From a virus: a DNA stretch of 64,000 nucleotides. The first letter of the stretch is position 1; every line of letters begins with the position of its first letter. The notes beneath the pieces were generated by a model, which had not been told where the DNA came from, ran no database searches, and was given only the letters and a program-made list of their open reading frames with translations. The position numbers and the translations under genes are program-made. Shown here piece after piece: positions 7,859-15,253 of this stretch. The DNA is taken from the IMG/VR virus record IMGVR_UViG_3300008266_000037, positions 1 through 64,000 of that record; one strand, 5' to 3'.

Positions 7859-8718
7859 AGAAGACTCTCCTGAGGCTCGGCCTCATTGCTGCCCTGTCTC
7901 TGTCAGCTATCGGCCTTGTCGGCTGTGGTCAGCCCGTCAAGCAGGGTGAAGTCGGCGTGAAGGTGGTCGAAGTCGGCGGCAACGCTGGTGTTCGCAACAC
8001 CGAACTGGGCACCGGTCGCTACTGGAACGCCATCGGCGAACGAATCATCGTGTTCCCCACCACCACGCAGACCTACAACTGGACCGGCGGCGCTTCCATC
8101 CGGTTCCTCAACAAGGACGGTGTTCAGACCACCGCCCCCGTGTCCGTGACGTTCCGCGTTTCGCCGTCCAAGGCCAGCGATCTGGTCCAGACCTACAAGC
8201 TGGGCATGGAAGACATCGTCAACGGTCCGCTGCAACGCTACCTCCAGAACGCCTTCGTCGTGCGGGGTGTGGGGTACACCAGCGAACAGCTCTACGGCGC
8301 TGGCGCTCAGCAACTCTCAGCAGACGTGACCGAGATGCTCCGGCGTGGTTCACGAGATGCCTCTGGCCGGGTGGTTCAGCCCGGTCTGGAATCTCAGGGC
8401 ATCATCATCGAGTCGGTCAACTGGGCCGGAAGCCCGGTGCTTCCTGACTCCATCGTGGCCCGCATCAACGAGGCGACGGCGGAACGGCAGCTGGCATCCC
8501 GTGCCCGTGAACGTCTGGCGACCGCTCAGGCCAACGAGGCCGTGACCATCACCAACTCCAGAGCAAGGGCCGGTGCTCTTGATCTGGAAGGTGCCGCCAT
8601 CCGCCGCAATCCCGAGGTGCTTCGCCTTCGTGAAGTCGAGCGCAGCAAGGGCCTGTGTCCGTTGTCGGCCACCACCTGTGTGCTGGGCGGCGACGTGGCG
8701 GCGATGATCGGCAACTAA
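7855..8718 (+). CDS. SPFH/band-7 (HflK/C-stomatin-like) lipoprotein
   Basis: Lipoprotein signal MKKTLLRLGLIAALSLSAIGLVGC. SPFH-like beta-rich core followed by a long Ala/Arg/Glu coiled-coil. Confidence 0.65.
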   Translation: MKKTLLRLGLIAALSLSAIGLVGCGQPVKQGEVGVKVVEVGGNAGVRNTELGTGRYWNAIGERIIVFPTTTQTYNWTGGASIRFLNKDGVQTTAPVSVTFRVSPSKASDLVQTYKLGMEDIVNGPLQRYLQNAFVVRGVGYTSEQLYGAGAQQLSADVTEMLRRGSRDASGRVVQPGLESQGIIIESVNWAGSPVLPDSIVARINEATAERQLASRARERLATAQANEAVTITNSRARAGALDLEGAAIRRNPEVLRLREVERSKGLCPLSATTCVLGGDVAAMIGN

Positions 8719-8723
8719 CCCGG

Positions 8724-8752
8724 TGAGGGGGAGGCTTCGGTCTCCCCCGTCA
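8724..8752 (+). terminator. GAGGGGGAG...CTCCCCC hairpin after SPFH gene
   Basis: G/C stem with a gcttcgg loop and no U-tract. Part of the recurrent motif family. Confidence 0.3.
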
Positions 8753-8809
8753 TCCCAATGGAAGACGCATCTGATGGGTGCGCCTTCTCTTTGGATGAAG
8801 GAAAACGAG

Positions 8810-9292
8810 ATGTCTAACATCAACGTCAATGACCCCAATGCCCTGACAATCCTGCATGACAAGCTGATCGCAGCGCACCGGGCTTTCTATACCGCTGACC
8901 CGAAAGAACAGCTCAGCCCGATGATCATCTTCTACACCCCGGACGGGACGGGCACCGCTGTGTCGTTTCATATGGACGGGGGCGAAGATAACAAGGCCTA
9001 CATAGCGCAGAAGATGAAGGCCATGTTCGCTGAGCAGAACGTGCAGATGTACGCCTTCTTCGCTGAAGCGTGGGCCGCTGCCTATGACAAGGGCAAGGTG
9101 GATGTGATGCCCTCCAAGCGAGAGGACAGGAAGGAGATCGTGTGCACGTTGGTGGTCCACCGAGACGGGCGCAAGATGTGCTCTGCCACTGAGATCAACA
9201 GGGACTGGGAGTCGGGCGGCGCTGTTCTTGGCAAGGTCGAGAACAGCGGAGACTCATTCGGCGGCAGGTTTGCGGAGTTGTTTGATGAGTAA
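8810..9292 (+). CDS. hypothetical protein
   Basis: 160 aa from the internal ATG, with AAGGAAAACGAG RBS. Confidence 0.5.
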   Translation: MSNINVNDPNALTILHDKLIAAHRAFYTADPKEQLSPMIIFYTPDGTGTAVSFHMDGGEDNKAYIAQKMKAMFAEQNVQMYAFFAEAWAAAYDKGKVDVMPSKREDRKEIVCTLVVHRDGRKMCSATEINRDWESGGAVLGKVENSGDSFGGRFAELFDE

Positions 9293-9557
9293 GTTTGAAG
9301 AAGCCAAGATGTCCGTCCATAGTTTTAACGGAAGCCCCGGACGGATTCTACTGTTTGTGTTGAGCAACGGAACAGGAATAAGGCTAGGGTGTTGGGACGC
9401 TGACTCCGCAGGCCTTGATGGAGAGCTTGCTTCTCGTGAAGACGGCATGGGATACACGGCCCTTAACCTTTCGTTTGATGACGCAAAGCAGCTGGCCATG
9501 CACCTTATGCGGATGGTCAGGGACGAAAAACTTTCTGGCGACCAAGATGATTCCTGA
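9285..9557 (+). CDS. small protein, member of multi-copy paralog family
   Basis: 90 aa. C-terminal YTALNLSFDDAKQLAMHLMRMV matches the family helix motif. Confidence 0.45.
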   Translation: MSKFEEAKMSVHSFNGSPGRILLFVLSNGTGIRLGCWDADSAGLDGELASREDGMGYTALNLSFDDAKQLAMHLMRMVRDEKLSGDQDDS

Positions 9558-9750
9558 GTGGTGGCAGACTGGAGCGCAGCACCAGCTACGCAGCCATGAT
9601 GGCAAGGTCACATGGGCCACCATAGAAAGGATCGCTCCCTACTACAGGGTCAGGCTTCTCCGTGGTCCCTGCTCTCAGCTTAAGAAGGCCGGTTCACTAA
9701 GAGTGGCAAAGCAGATTGCCACTGACTGGTTCACCCAGAGGACAACATGA
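9547..9750 (+). CDS. hypothetical small protein
   Basis: 67 aa from the internal ATG, overlapping the upstream stop. Confidence 0.35.
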   Translation: MIPEWWQTGAQHQLRSHDGKVTWATIERIAPYYRVRLLRGPCSQLKKAGSLRVAKQIATDWFTQRTT

Positions 9751-10439
9751 GCAACATCCCGTATTGGTATGACGGCGAACAAGGCCGACACAGAAACGAC
9801 ATCTACCCGTTTCAGGTCCCCAGCAAAAGGGAAGTGAGGGCAGAGAGCAAGAGGCGCCTTACCCTTAACGTCTTGAATGCAATGAGGGCGGTGCCGAAGG
9901 GTTGGTCTATCAAATGGAAGGCATCTCGCCGTCGCACCTTCCGGGTCAACCACACCACCAAAACCATCAGCGTTCCCATGCCCGCTCAATACGCTGGTCT
10001 TCCAGCCCTTGGTAGCGCCATTCATTTGGCCGTCCAGATTAGTAAGGCCATGAATAATGCCGAACAAACCGGCATGGTGCCAGCATTGATGGTCAAGGCG
10101 TGGCCGTTTCTGTTCGGCAAATACTTCAGCCTCCATTACAGGAACGTCATTCCATGTGGGGGGTATGTAGCCAACAGGCACGCCCTAAAGACGGCTGGTA
10201 TTCAGGCTGTGAGAGAAGTTCTCCGGTTTTACCAGTCGCCTGATGCGTGGCGCATTCCCCGGCGCAAGGCTGGCAGCCCCATTCAATGGCAGCGGCATAA
10301 TGTTAACACCAACACCCTGTCCGCTATCGCTCATCGCAAGGTCATGATGGACTACCTTAAGGTCAATGACCCTGCCTACCCCCTTCCAGCTATCGCCAAG
10401 GCGAGGCTGAAGAAGATCAACCAACCCCAACAGCCATAA
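9747..10439 (+). CDS. hypothetical protein upstream of MoxR-VWA pair
   Basis: 230-aa ORF with ATGA coupling. Confidence 0.55.
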   Translation: MSNIPYWYDGEQGRHRNDIYPFQVPSKREVRAESKRRLTLNVLNAMRAVPKGWSIKWKASRRRTFRVNHTTKTISVPMPAQYAGLPALGSAIHLAVQISKAMNNAEQTGMVPALMVKAWPFLFGKYFSLHYRNVIPCGGYVANRHALKTAGIQAVREVLRFYQSPDAWRIPRRKAGSPIQWQRHNVNTNTLSAIAHRKVMMDYLKVNDPAYPLPAIAKARLKKINQPQQP

Positions 10440-10450
10440 AGGAGACCAAC

Positions 10451-11506
10451 ATGGCTCAACAAAAGACTTCGGACATCCCCGTTGTTTCGCCGATGGTGGC
10501 CAAGCAATGCGTCCGCGAGATGCTCAATGCTGGCTCCGCTGCGGTGCCGCCGTTCCTCTGGGGACCGCCCGGTGTCGGCAAGTCCGCCATCGTGAAGGGA
10601 GTGGCTGAAGAAGAAGGTGTCGGCTTCATCGACCTGCGTCTGGTTCAGCTCGATCAGGTGGACCTGCGCGGCCTGCCCTATCTGCTCGACGACAAGGTCA
10701 ACGAGGGCCTGCGCGAGATGCACTTCGCTGCCCCCGGCGGCCTGCCGCGCGAGGGTCGGGGCATCCTGTTCCTCGACGAGTTCCCGCAAGCCACCTCGCT
10801 TGTCCAGAACGCTGCCTCTGAGCTGGTCCTCGACCGTCGCTGCGGCGAGTACCGTCTGCCCGACGGCTGGATCGTCGTTGCTGCCGGCAACCGTCGTCAA
10901 GACCGTGCAGCCACGCAGGAACTGCCCAGCCACCTGAAGAATCGCTTCACCCATCTGGAAATCGACGCCAAGTTCGCCGACTGGGAAGCGTGGGCTCAGC
11001 TGCCGAACGCCACCAAGTGCGGCCCCATCGAGCCCCGGCTGCTCGCCTTCCTCCAGAGCAACCAGTCCCGCCTCAACAACTTCAACCCCGACACCGTGGC
11101 GTCGCCGACCTCCCGCAGCTGGGAGTTCGTCAGCCGTATCCTGCACACCGTCAAGGACAAGCGCGCTCGCAACGCCTTGATCGGCGGCGCAGTCGGCAAG
11201 GGGATGCAGGCCGAGGTCATGGCCTTCCTCTCCGACTCCGAGGACATGCCGACGATGGCGCAGATCATCGCCGACCCGATGACGGCACCCATCCCGGAGA
11301 CCCTGTCCGGCTGCAACGCCGCGCTGGACAATCTGGCCCTGACCGGCCGCCCTGAAAATGCTGAGCCCATTGCTCAGTACATCAGCCGCCACGTCGCCGA
11401 CAGCCAGATGGTCGCTCTGGTCCAGATCATGGCCCGCAAGGACATCACCTCGTGGATGTCTTCGCCCACTCTGGACAAGCTGATGAAGGCCAACGGCCTC
11501 TCCTAA
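10451..11506 (+). CDS. MoxR-family AAA+ ATPase
   Basis: Walker A GPPGVGKS. Walker B ILFLDEF. Sensor-1-like VVAAGNRR. AAA_5/CbbQ-NorQ-like layout. Confidence 0.8.
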   Translation: MAQQKTSDIPVVSPMVAKQCVREMLNAGSAAVPPFLWGPPGVGKSAIVKGVAEEEGVGFIDLRLVQLDQVDLRGLPYLLDDKVNEGLREMHFAAPGGLPREGRGILFLDEFPQATSLVQNAASELVLDRRCGEYRLPDGWIVVAAGNRRQDRAATQELPSHLKNRFTHLEIDAKFADWEAWAQLPNATKCGPIEPRLLAFLQSNQSRLNNFNPDTVASPTSRSWEFVSRILHTVKDKRARNALIGGAVGKGMQAEVMAFLSDSEDMPTMAQIIADPMTAPIPETLSGCNAALDNLALTGRPENAEPIAQYISRHVADSQMVALVQIMARKDITSWMSSPTLDKLMKANGLS

Positions 11507-11528
11507 TCGGGCGGCACATCCAACCAGC

Positions 11529-11565
11529 GGGGGAGGGGAGCAATCCTCTCCCCCATTTCTTTTCG
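11529..11565 (+). terminator. GGGGGAG...CTCCCCC hairpin + U-rich tract between MoxR and VWA genes
   Basis: 7-bp G/C stem followed by ATTTCTTTTCG. Possible attenuator setting the ATPase:VWA ratio. Confidence 0.4.
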
Positions 11566-11573
11566 AGGGACCG

Positions 11574-12800
11574 ATGAGCAAACAAGAACAGCAGTACAAG
11601 GCCACGCAGTATGTGCGTGAAGCGATCGAGTCCATGATCGAGCGAGACCCCTTCTTCGGTCACATCACCGACCAGATGCGTCTGTGCCCCGACGCCAAGA
11701 AGGAGATCAAGACCATCGGCACCAACGGTCGTCTCCTCGTGTACGACAGCGAATGGGTGGTTCGTTATCGTGAGGTTTATGGCCCCGCCAAGTTCGCCAC
11801 CATCCTCGCTCACGAGGCGGCACACGTTGCGTTCGGCCACCCCTACCGCATGGGCGACAAGCGCCCCGAGATCTACGACAAGGCGTGTGACGCCGTCATC
11901 AACGGCAACCTTCGTCGCAAGGGCTATGACATGCCCAACGAAAGCTTCTTCTTTCCCGGCGCTGAGGACATGACGGTCGAGGAGTGCTACCGCAAGCTGG
12001 TGGAAACCAGCGGCGAGGGGCAGGACAAGAACAACCAGCGCACCCGACAGGCTCAGAGTAGCGGCAAGTGTTTCTCCCCTGATGTCGGCACGGATGCTGA
12101 AGAAGAAGCCAAGGCCAAGGGCGAAAGCGAAGGTCAGGGCCAAGGTCAGGGCGACGAGGACGAGGACGCCGAGGACAAGATCCGCGAGGGCGTTGCCCGT
12201 GCTGCTCAGCGTGCCCGCAAGGCTGGCAAGATGCCCGGCGAGTGGGAGCAGATGATCACCGACTCATTCCTCAGCAAGAAAAGCTGGAAGGATGAGCTGC
12301 GTCAGTTCCTCGGTGGCGGCGAGCAGAAGGAACCTTCTTGGTCCAAACCCAACCGTCGCTATGTCCATCAGGGCGAGTACCTCCCCGGTCCCTCGAAGTT
12401 CGGCCCCGGTCGTATCGTGCTGGCCGTTGACGTTTCCGGCTCTGTCTCCGGCTCTCTGGTCGAGAAGTTCTGCGCTGAGGTGCGCAAGATCAACATCGAC
12501 CTTCAGCCCGAAGCCATCGACGTTATGACCTGCGACACCCGTGTTGCATGGCAGGAGGAGTTCGGACCTTATGATGATGTCCAGATCCCTGCTAGGGCCA
12601 TCACCGGTGGCGGCACCAACTTCTCTCCTGTGTTCAGGAAGGTCAAGGAGATGGGCGTCCAGCCCAAGGCTCTGGTGTACTTCACCGATCTGCAATGCCA
12701 CGACTTCGGCGAGAGGCCTGACTACCCTGTTCTCTGGGTTGTCTGGCCCGGCGGCTGGAACAAGGCACCGTTCGGCAACATCGTTCACATGGATGACTAA
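11574..12800 (+). CDS. VWA-domain protein with N-terminal zincin-like metallopeptidase domain (DUF2201-type MoxR partner)
   Basis: HEAAHVAFGH HExxH motif. Acidic GQGQGDEDEDAED linker. MIDAS-like DVSGSVSGS in the C-terminal VWA domain. Confidence 0.8.
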   Translation: MSKQEQQYKATQYVREAIESMIERDPFFGHITDQMRLCPDAKKEIKTIGTNGRLLVYDSEWVVRYREVYGPAKFATILAHEAAHVAFGHPYRMGDKRPEIYDKACDAVINGNLRRKGYDMPNESFFFPGAEDMTVEECYRKLVETSGEGQDKNNQRTRQAQSSGKCFSPDVGTDAEEEAKAKGESEGQGQGQGDEDEDAEDKIREGVARAAQRARKAGKMPGEWEQMITDSFLSKKSWKDELRQFLGGGEQKEPSWSKPNRRYVHQGEYLPGPSKFGPGRIVLAVDVSGSVSGSLVEKFCAEVRKINIDLQPEAIDVMTCDTRVAWQEEFGPYDDVQIPARAITGGGTNFSPVFRKVKEMGVQPKALVYFTDLQCHDFGERPDYPVLWVVWPGGWNKAPFGNIVHMDD

Positions 12801-12802
12801 CC

Positions 12803-13057
12803 ATGAAGACCATCTACATAGACGACCTCAACTCCGGATACGGTAACGGGTTTGTCTTTGCCACTCCCTCACCCAATCAATCATTTGAAGACGGAGACGC
12901 GATGATCATCCGCACGCCGTACTACGTCGAGCGGGACCACATCATTCTCTCCACCCTCGACGATGGCGAGGAAGCCCGCTTCCGCAGGCTGAACAAGAGA
13001 GACGCTCTTGAGCTTGCCAAGTGGCTCATGATCGCAGCAAGGGACATGGCAGAATGA
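12803..13057 (+). CDS. small protein, multi-copy paralog family
   Basis: 84 aa. C-terminus RRLNKRDALELAKWLMIAA. Confidence 0.5.
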   Translation: MKTIYIDDLNSGYGNGFVFATPSPNQSFEDGDAMIIRTPYYVERDHIILSTLDDGEEARFRRLNKRDALELAKWLMIAARDMAE

Positions 13058-13329
13058 ACGAGATGGACAAGGACAAAATCCACGAAACCGAAACCATCTT
13101 CACGGTGGAAGTTGGACCGACCAAACACGACGACAGTTACTTTACTGTCGGTGTTGGTCGCGGAAATCTTCCTTGGGCAGGGAAGCAAGGAAGCTTTGGG
13201 TGTGTCGGAACTGATTTGGCCATCTTCCAGACGGGGTCACATGACTACGTTTACCTGTCGAAACGTGAGTGCCTAGAGATGGCGGTTGCTTTTGCCAAGG
13301 CGGCGGCAAGGATGAAGGACAGGAAATGA
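13054..13329 (+). CDS. small protein, multi-copy paralog family
   Basis: 91 aa from the ATGA-coupled ATG. C-terminus YLSKRECLEMAVAFAKAA. Confidence 0.5.
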   Translation: MNEMDKDKIHETETIFTVEVGPTKHDDSYFTVGVGRGNLPWAGKQGSFGCVGTDLAIFQTGSHDYVYLSKRECLEMAVAFAKAAARMKDRK

Positions 13330-13628
13330 ACGAACACCACGCAGGTTATTACGGCTGGGCTGAAGCCAAACACGACGGCGTGCCCACCTCTTATGGCTGG
13401 TCCATCCAGACCATGAACCTGAACACAGTATTCCTTCCTCCATGTCCGGGCAAGAAACACGCTATGGATTTGCGAGGCCGTCCGGGTGACGGCGAAGACG
13501 TTCTTTCCCTACAGTACATCGCTGACGGCAGGTCCAGCTGGATGCCGATCACAGAGGAGCAGGCTATGGCCTTCGCTCGTCACTTGATCTTTGCTGTTCG
13601 TGCCAACCGGGAAGCGCGCGGGTCATAG
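13326..13628 (+). CDS. small protein, multi-copy paralog family
   Basis: 100 aa from the ATGA-coupled ATG. C-terminus WMPITEEQAMAFARHLIFAV. Confidence 0.5.
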   Translation: MNEHHAGYYGWAEAKHDGVPTSYGWSIQTMNLNTVFLPPCPGKKHAMDLRGRPGDGEDVLSLQYIADGRSSWMPITEEQAMAFARHLIFAVRANREARGS

Positions 13629-14095
13629 AAGTCGGCGAGAACATCGGCCGCATACTTCATGAGCCCCTCGTTTTTAGGGCTCACCTTCCGGTCATCAGTC
13701 AGCGCGCTCATCACAATCATCCTAGCCGCATCGTTCATACCGCCAGCCAAGATCTCCATCTGACGGCTGACTCTTTTGACCCGGCGGAAAGCATGGTCTG
13801 CGATGAACTGAGCGTGACCGGAGGTGCCTGACTGAACAAGGCCAGCCTTAGGGCAGAACACAAGACCCGCTTCATACAGGTCTTGGGTGAACTCCTGAAG
13901 GGTAGTGTGCTGGTCCTGCGTTAGGGAGCCTCTCATGTACAGCCTGTCGATTTCCGATGCGTCCAGCCTGCGCATACGGGTCTTAGCCCCCGCCGCTGCG
14001 GACACAGGCTCTTCTCGATAACCTTCGTAGTGCTGCATCGCCTCATCAGTGGGGCGGTCCGGCTTCTCATTGTTCTGGTCCATAGGGAATATCAT
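13580..14095 (-). CDS. hypothetical protein on opposite strand (start may be the internal Met at ~14038)
   Basis: 171-aa ORF filling a gap that has no plus-strand ORF. The annotated start abuts the next plus-strand gene. The internal ATG with GAGG RBS is more plausible. Confidence 0.4.
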   Translation of the reverse strand: MIFPMDQNNEKPDRPTDEAMQHYEGYREEPVSAAAGAKTRMRRLDASEIDRLYMRGSLTQDQHTTLQEFTQDLYEAGLVFCPKAGLVQSGTSGHAQFIADHAFRRVKRVSRQMEILAGGMNDAARMIVMSALTDDRKVSPKNEGLMKYAADVLADFYDPRASRLARTAKIK

Positions 14096-14096
14096 A

Positions 14097-14312
14097 ATGC
14101 CTAAACTGTCCGACCTGAAGGCGCTCCTTGAGTCTCAAATCAAGCAGCCAGCCACCCTAATCCTTGAGGTGGTGTTTGACAACAAGAGCGCCAACGCCTT
14201 CGACGCCATTCAGGAAACCGAAGACCTGATCGACGACCTCAAGAAGGCCTGCCCCGGCGCAGCTGTTCGCGGCAAGCTGGTCTACAACGGCAAGGACTAT
14301 GAGGTGAAGTGA
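14097..14312 (+). CDS. hypothetical small protein
   Basis: 71 aa from the internal ATG (MPKLSDLK...). Confidence 0.4.
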   Translation: MPKLSDLKALLESQIKQPATLILEVVFDNKSANAFDAIQETEDLIDDLKKACPGAAVRGKLVYNGKDYEVK

Positions 14313-14500
14313 TGATCAGCGGCCTTATTATCTGGACCCTAGTCCTCCTCACTGGGGGGCTGTTCGGCTTCTGTTCCTTCAGCGCCTTCTGGTATTGGAG
14401 GGCAATCAAGGCAACCAAGACGGTGGGGGAGTGGGGGTTTCTTTGCGCGACCACCTTCTCGCTGTTCCTGGTCACCCTCCTCCTGTTCCGTTTCAACTAA
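14309..14500 (+). CDS. small 2-TM membrane protein
   Basis: 63 aa with two hydrophobic helices. Confidence 0.5.
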   Translation: MMISGLIIWTLVLLTGGLFGFCSFSAFWYWRAIKATKTVGEWGFLCATTFSLFLVTLLLFRFN

Positions 14501-14510
14501 GGAGAACGTC

Positions 14511-14774
14511 ATGAAACCCATGACCATCGCCTTCTTCATCACACTGGGGACTGGCGCGTACATCATCATGACATCGCCGCATCTGTGGTTCTTCGCCATG
14601 CTCACCACCCTGTACTCAGGCGTGGCAATGGTTCAGGCCGACCTTATCTCTCTCCTTGTCAACAAGATCAGGCACAAGGATATGCTGCTGATGGCCGCAA
14701 AGAGTATTCTTGAGCTGTCGAATAAGGCGATTGAAGCTCAGGCAAAACAGCACAACGAGAAAGAGAGCGCCTAA
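14511..14774 (+). CDS. small 2-TM membrane protein
   Basis: 87 aa with two hydrophobic helices and a charged C-terminal helix. Confidence 0.5.
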   Translation: MKPMTIAFFITLGTGAYIIMTSPHLWFFAMLTTLYSGVAMVQADLISLLVNKIRHKDMLLMAAKSILELSNKAIEAQAKQHNEKESA

Positions 14775-14778
14775 TCCA

Positions 14779-15009
14779 ATGATCCTTGAATACTTCATCA
14801 ACTTCATGGTTGTGGCGGCGTGGGCCTACGTGGCCTGCGGCATCATCGCCGCCTCTGGGTACGCCATTCTTCGCGCTCACTTTCTGAAGCAATCCCTGTT
14901 TCAAGGAAAGATGGCTGTGATGATGATCATCCTGACGGGACTGATCTGGCCTTTGGTTGTGTTGTTCCTGATCAACAGGTTCTTTCCGCCACGCAATCCG
15001 GAGGAATAG
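14779..15009 (+). CDS. small 2-TM membrane protein
   Basis: 76 aa from the internal ATG (MILEYFINFMVVAAWAYVACGIIA...). Confidence 0.5.
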   Translation: MILEYFINFMVVAAWAYVACGIIAASGYAILRAHFLKQSLFQGKMAVMMIILTGLIWPLVVLFLINRFFPPRNPEE

Positions 15010-15010
15010 C

Positions 15011-15253
15011 ATGGACGCGAGTACCGACAGGAGTGTCGTGCTGAGGCATCTATCCCTCCTAACCAAGGAGTATGTCGCCACACTACGCCACACCCAGAAC
15101 GGGCACACTTCTTACACAGCCCAGTCAGTTAGGGGTGGAAGGGTTGGAGACGCCATCTGTCGAGACCGTCTCCACAGGATAAAGAAGACCCTCAACCTAG
15201 ATCCCACGGGTCCGCCATTTTATTCCCCCCCTGATCAAGAACAGAGAAAATAA
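15011..15253 (+). CDS. hypothetical protein (overlaps primase 3' end)
   Basis: 80-aa ORF overlapping the convergent primase gene by ~60 nt. Confidence 0.3.
   Translation: MDASTDRSVVLRHLSLLTKEYVATLRHTQNGHTSYTAQSVRGGRVGDAICRDRLHRIKKTLNLDPTGPPFYSPPDQEQRK

Noticed and set aside
13580-14095. Annotated start at 14095
   Set aside because: That start would place the gene 1 nt from the divergent plus-strand start, leaving no promoter space. An internal Met near 14038 with a GAGG RBS is more plausible. The gene is kept at low confidence.
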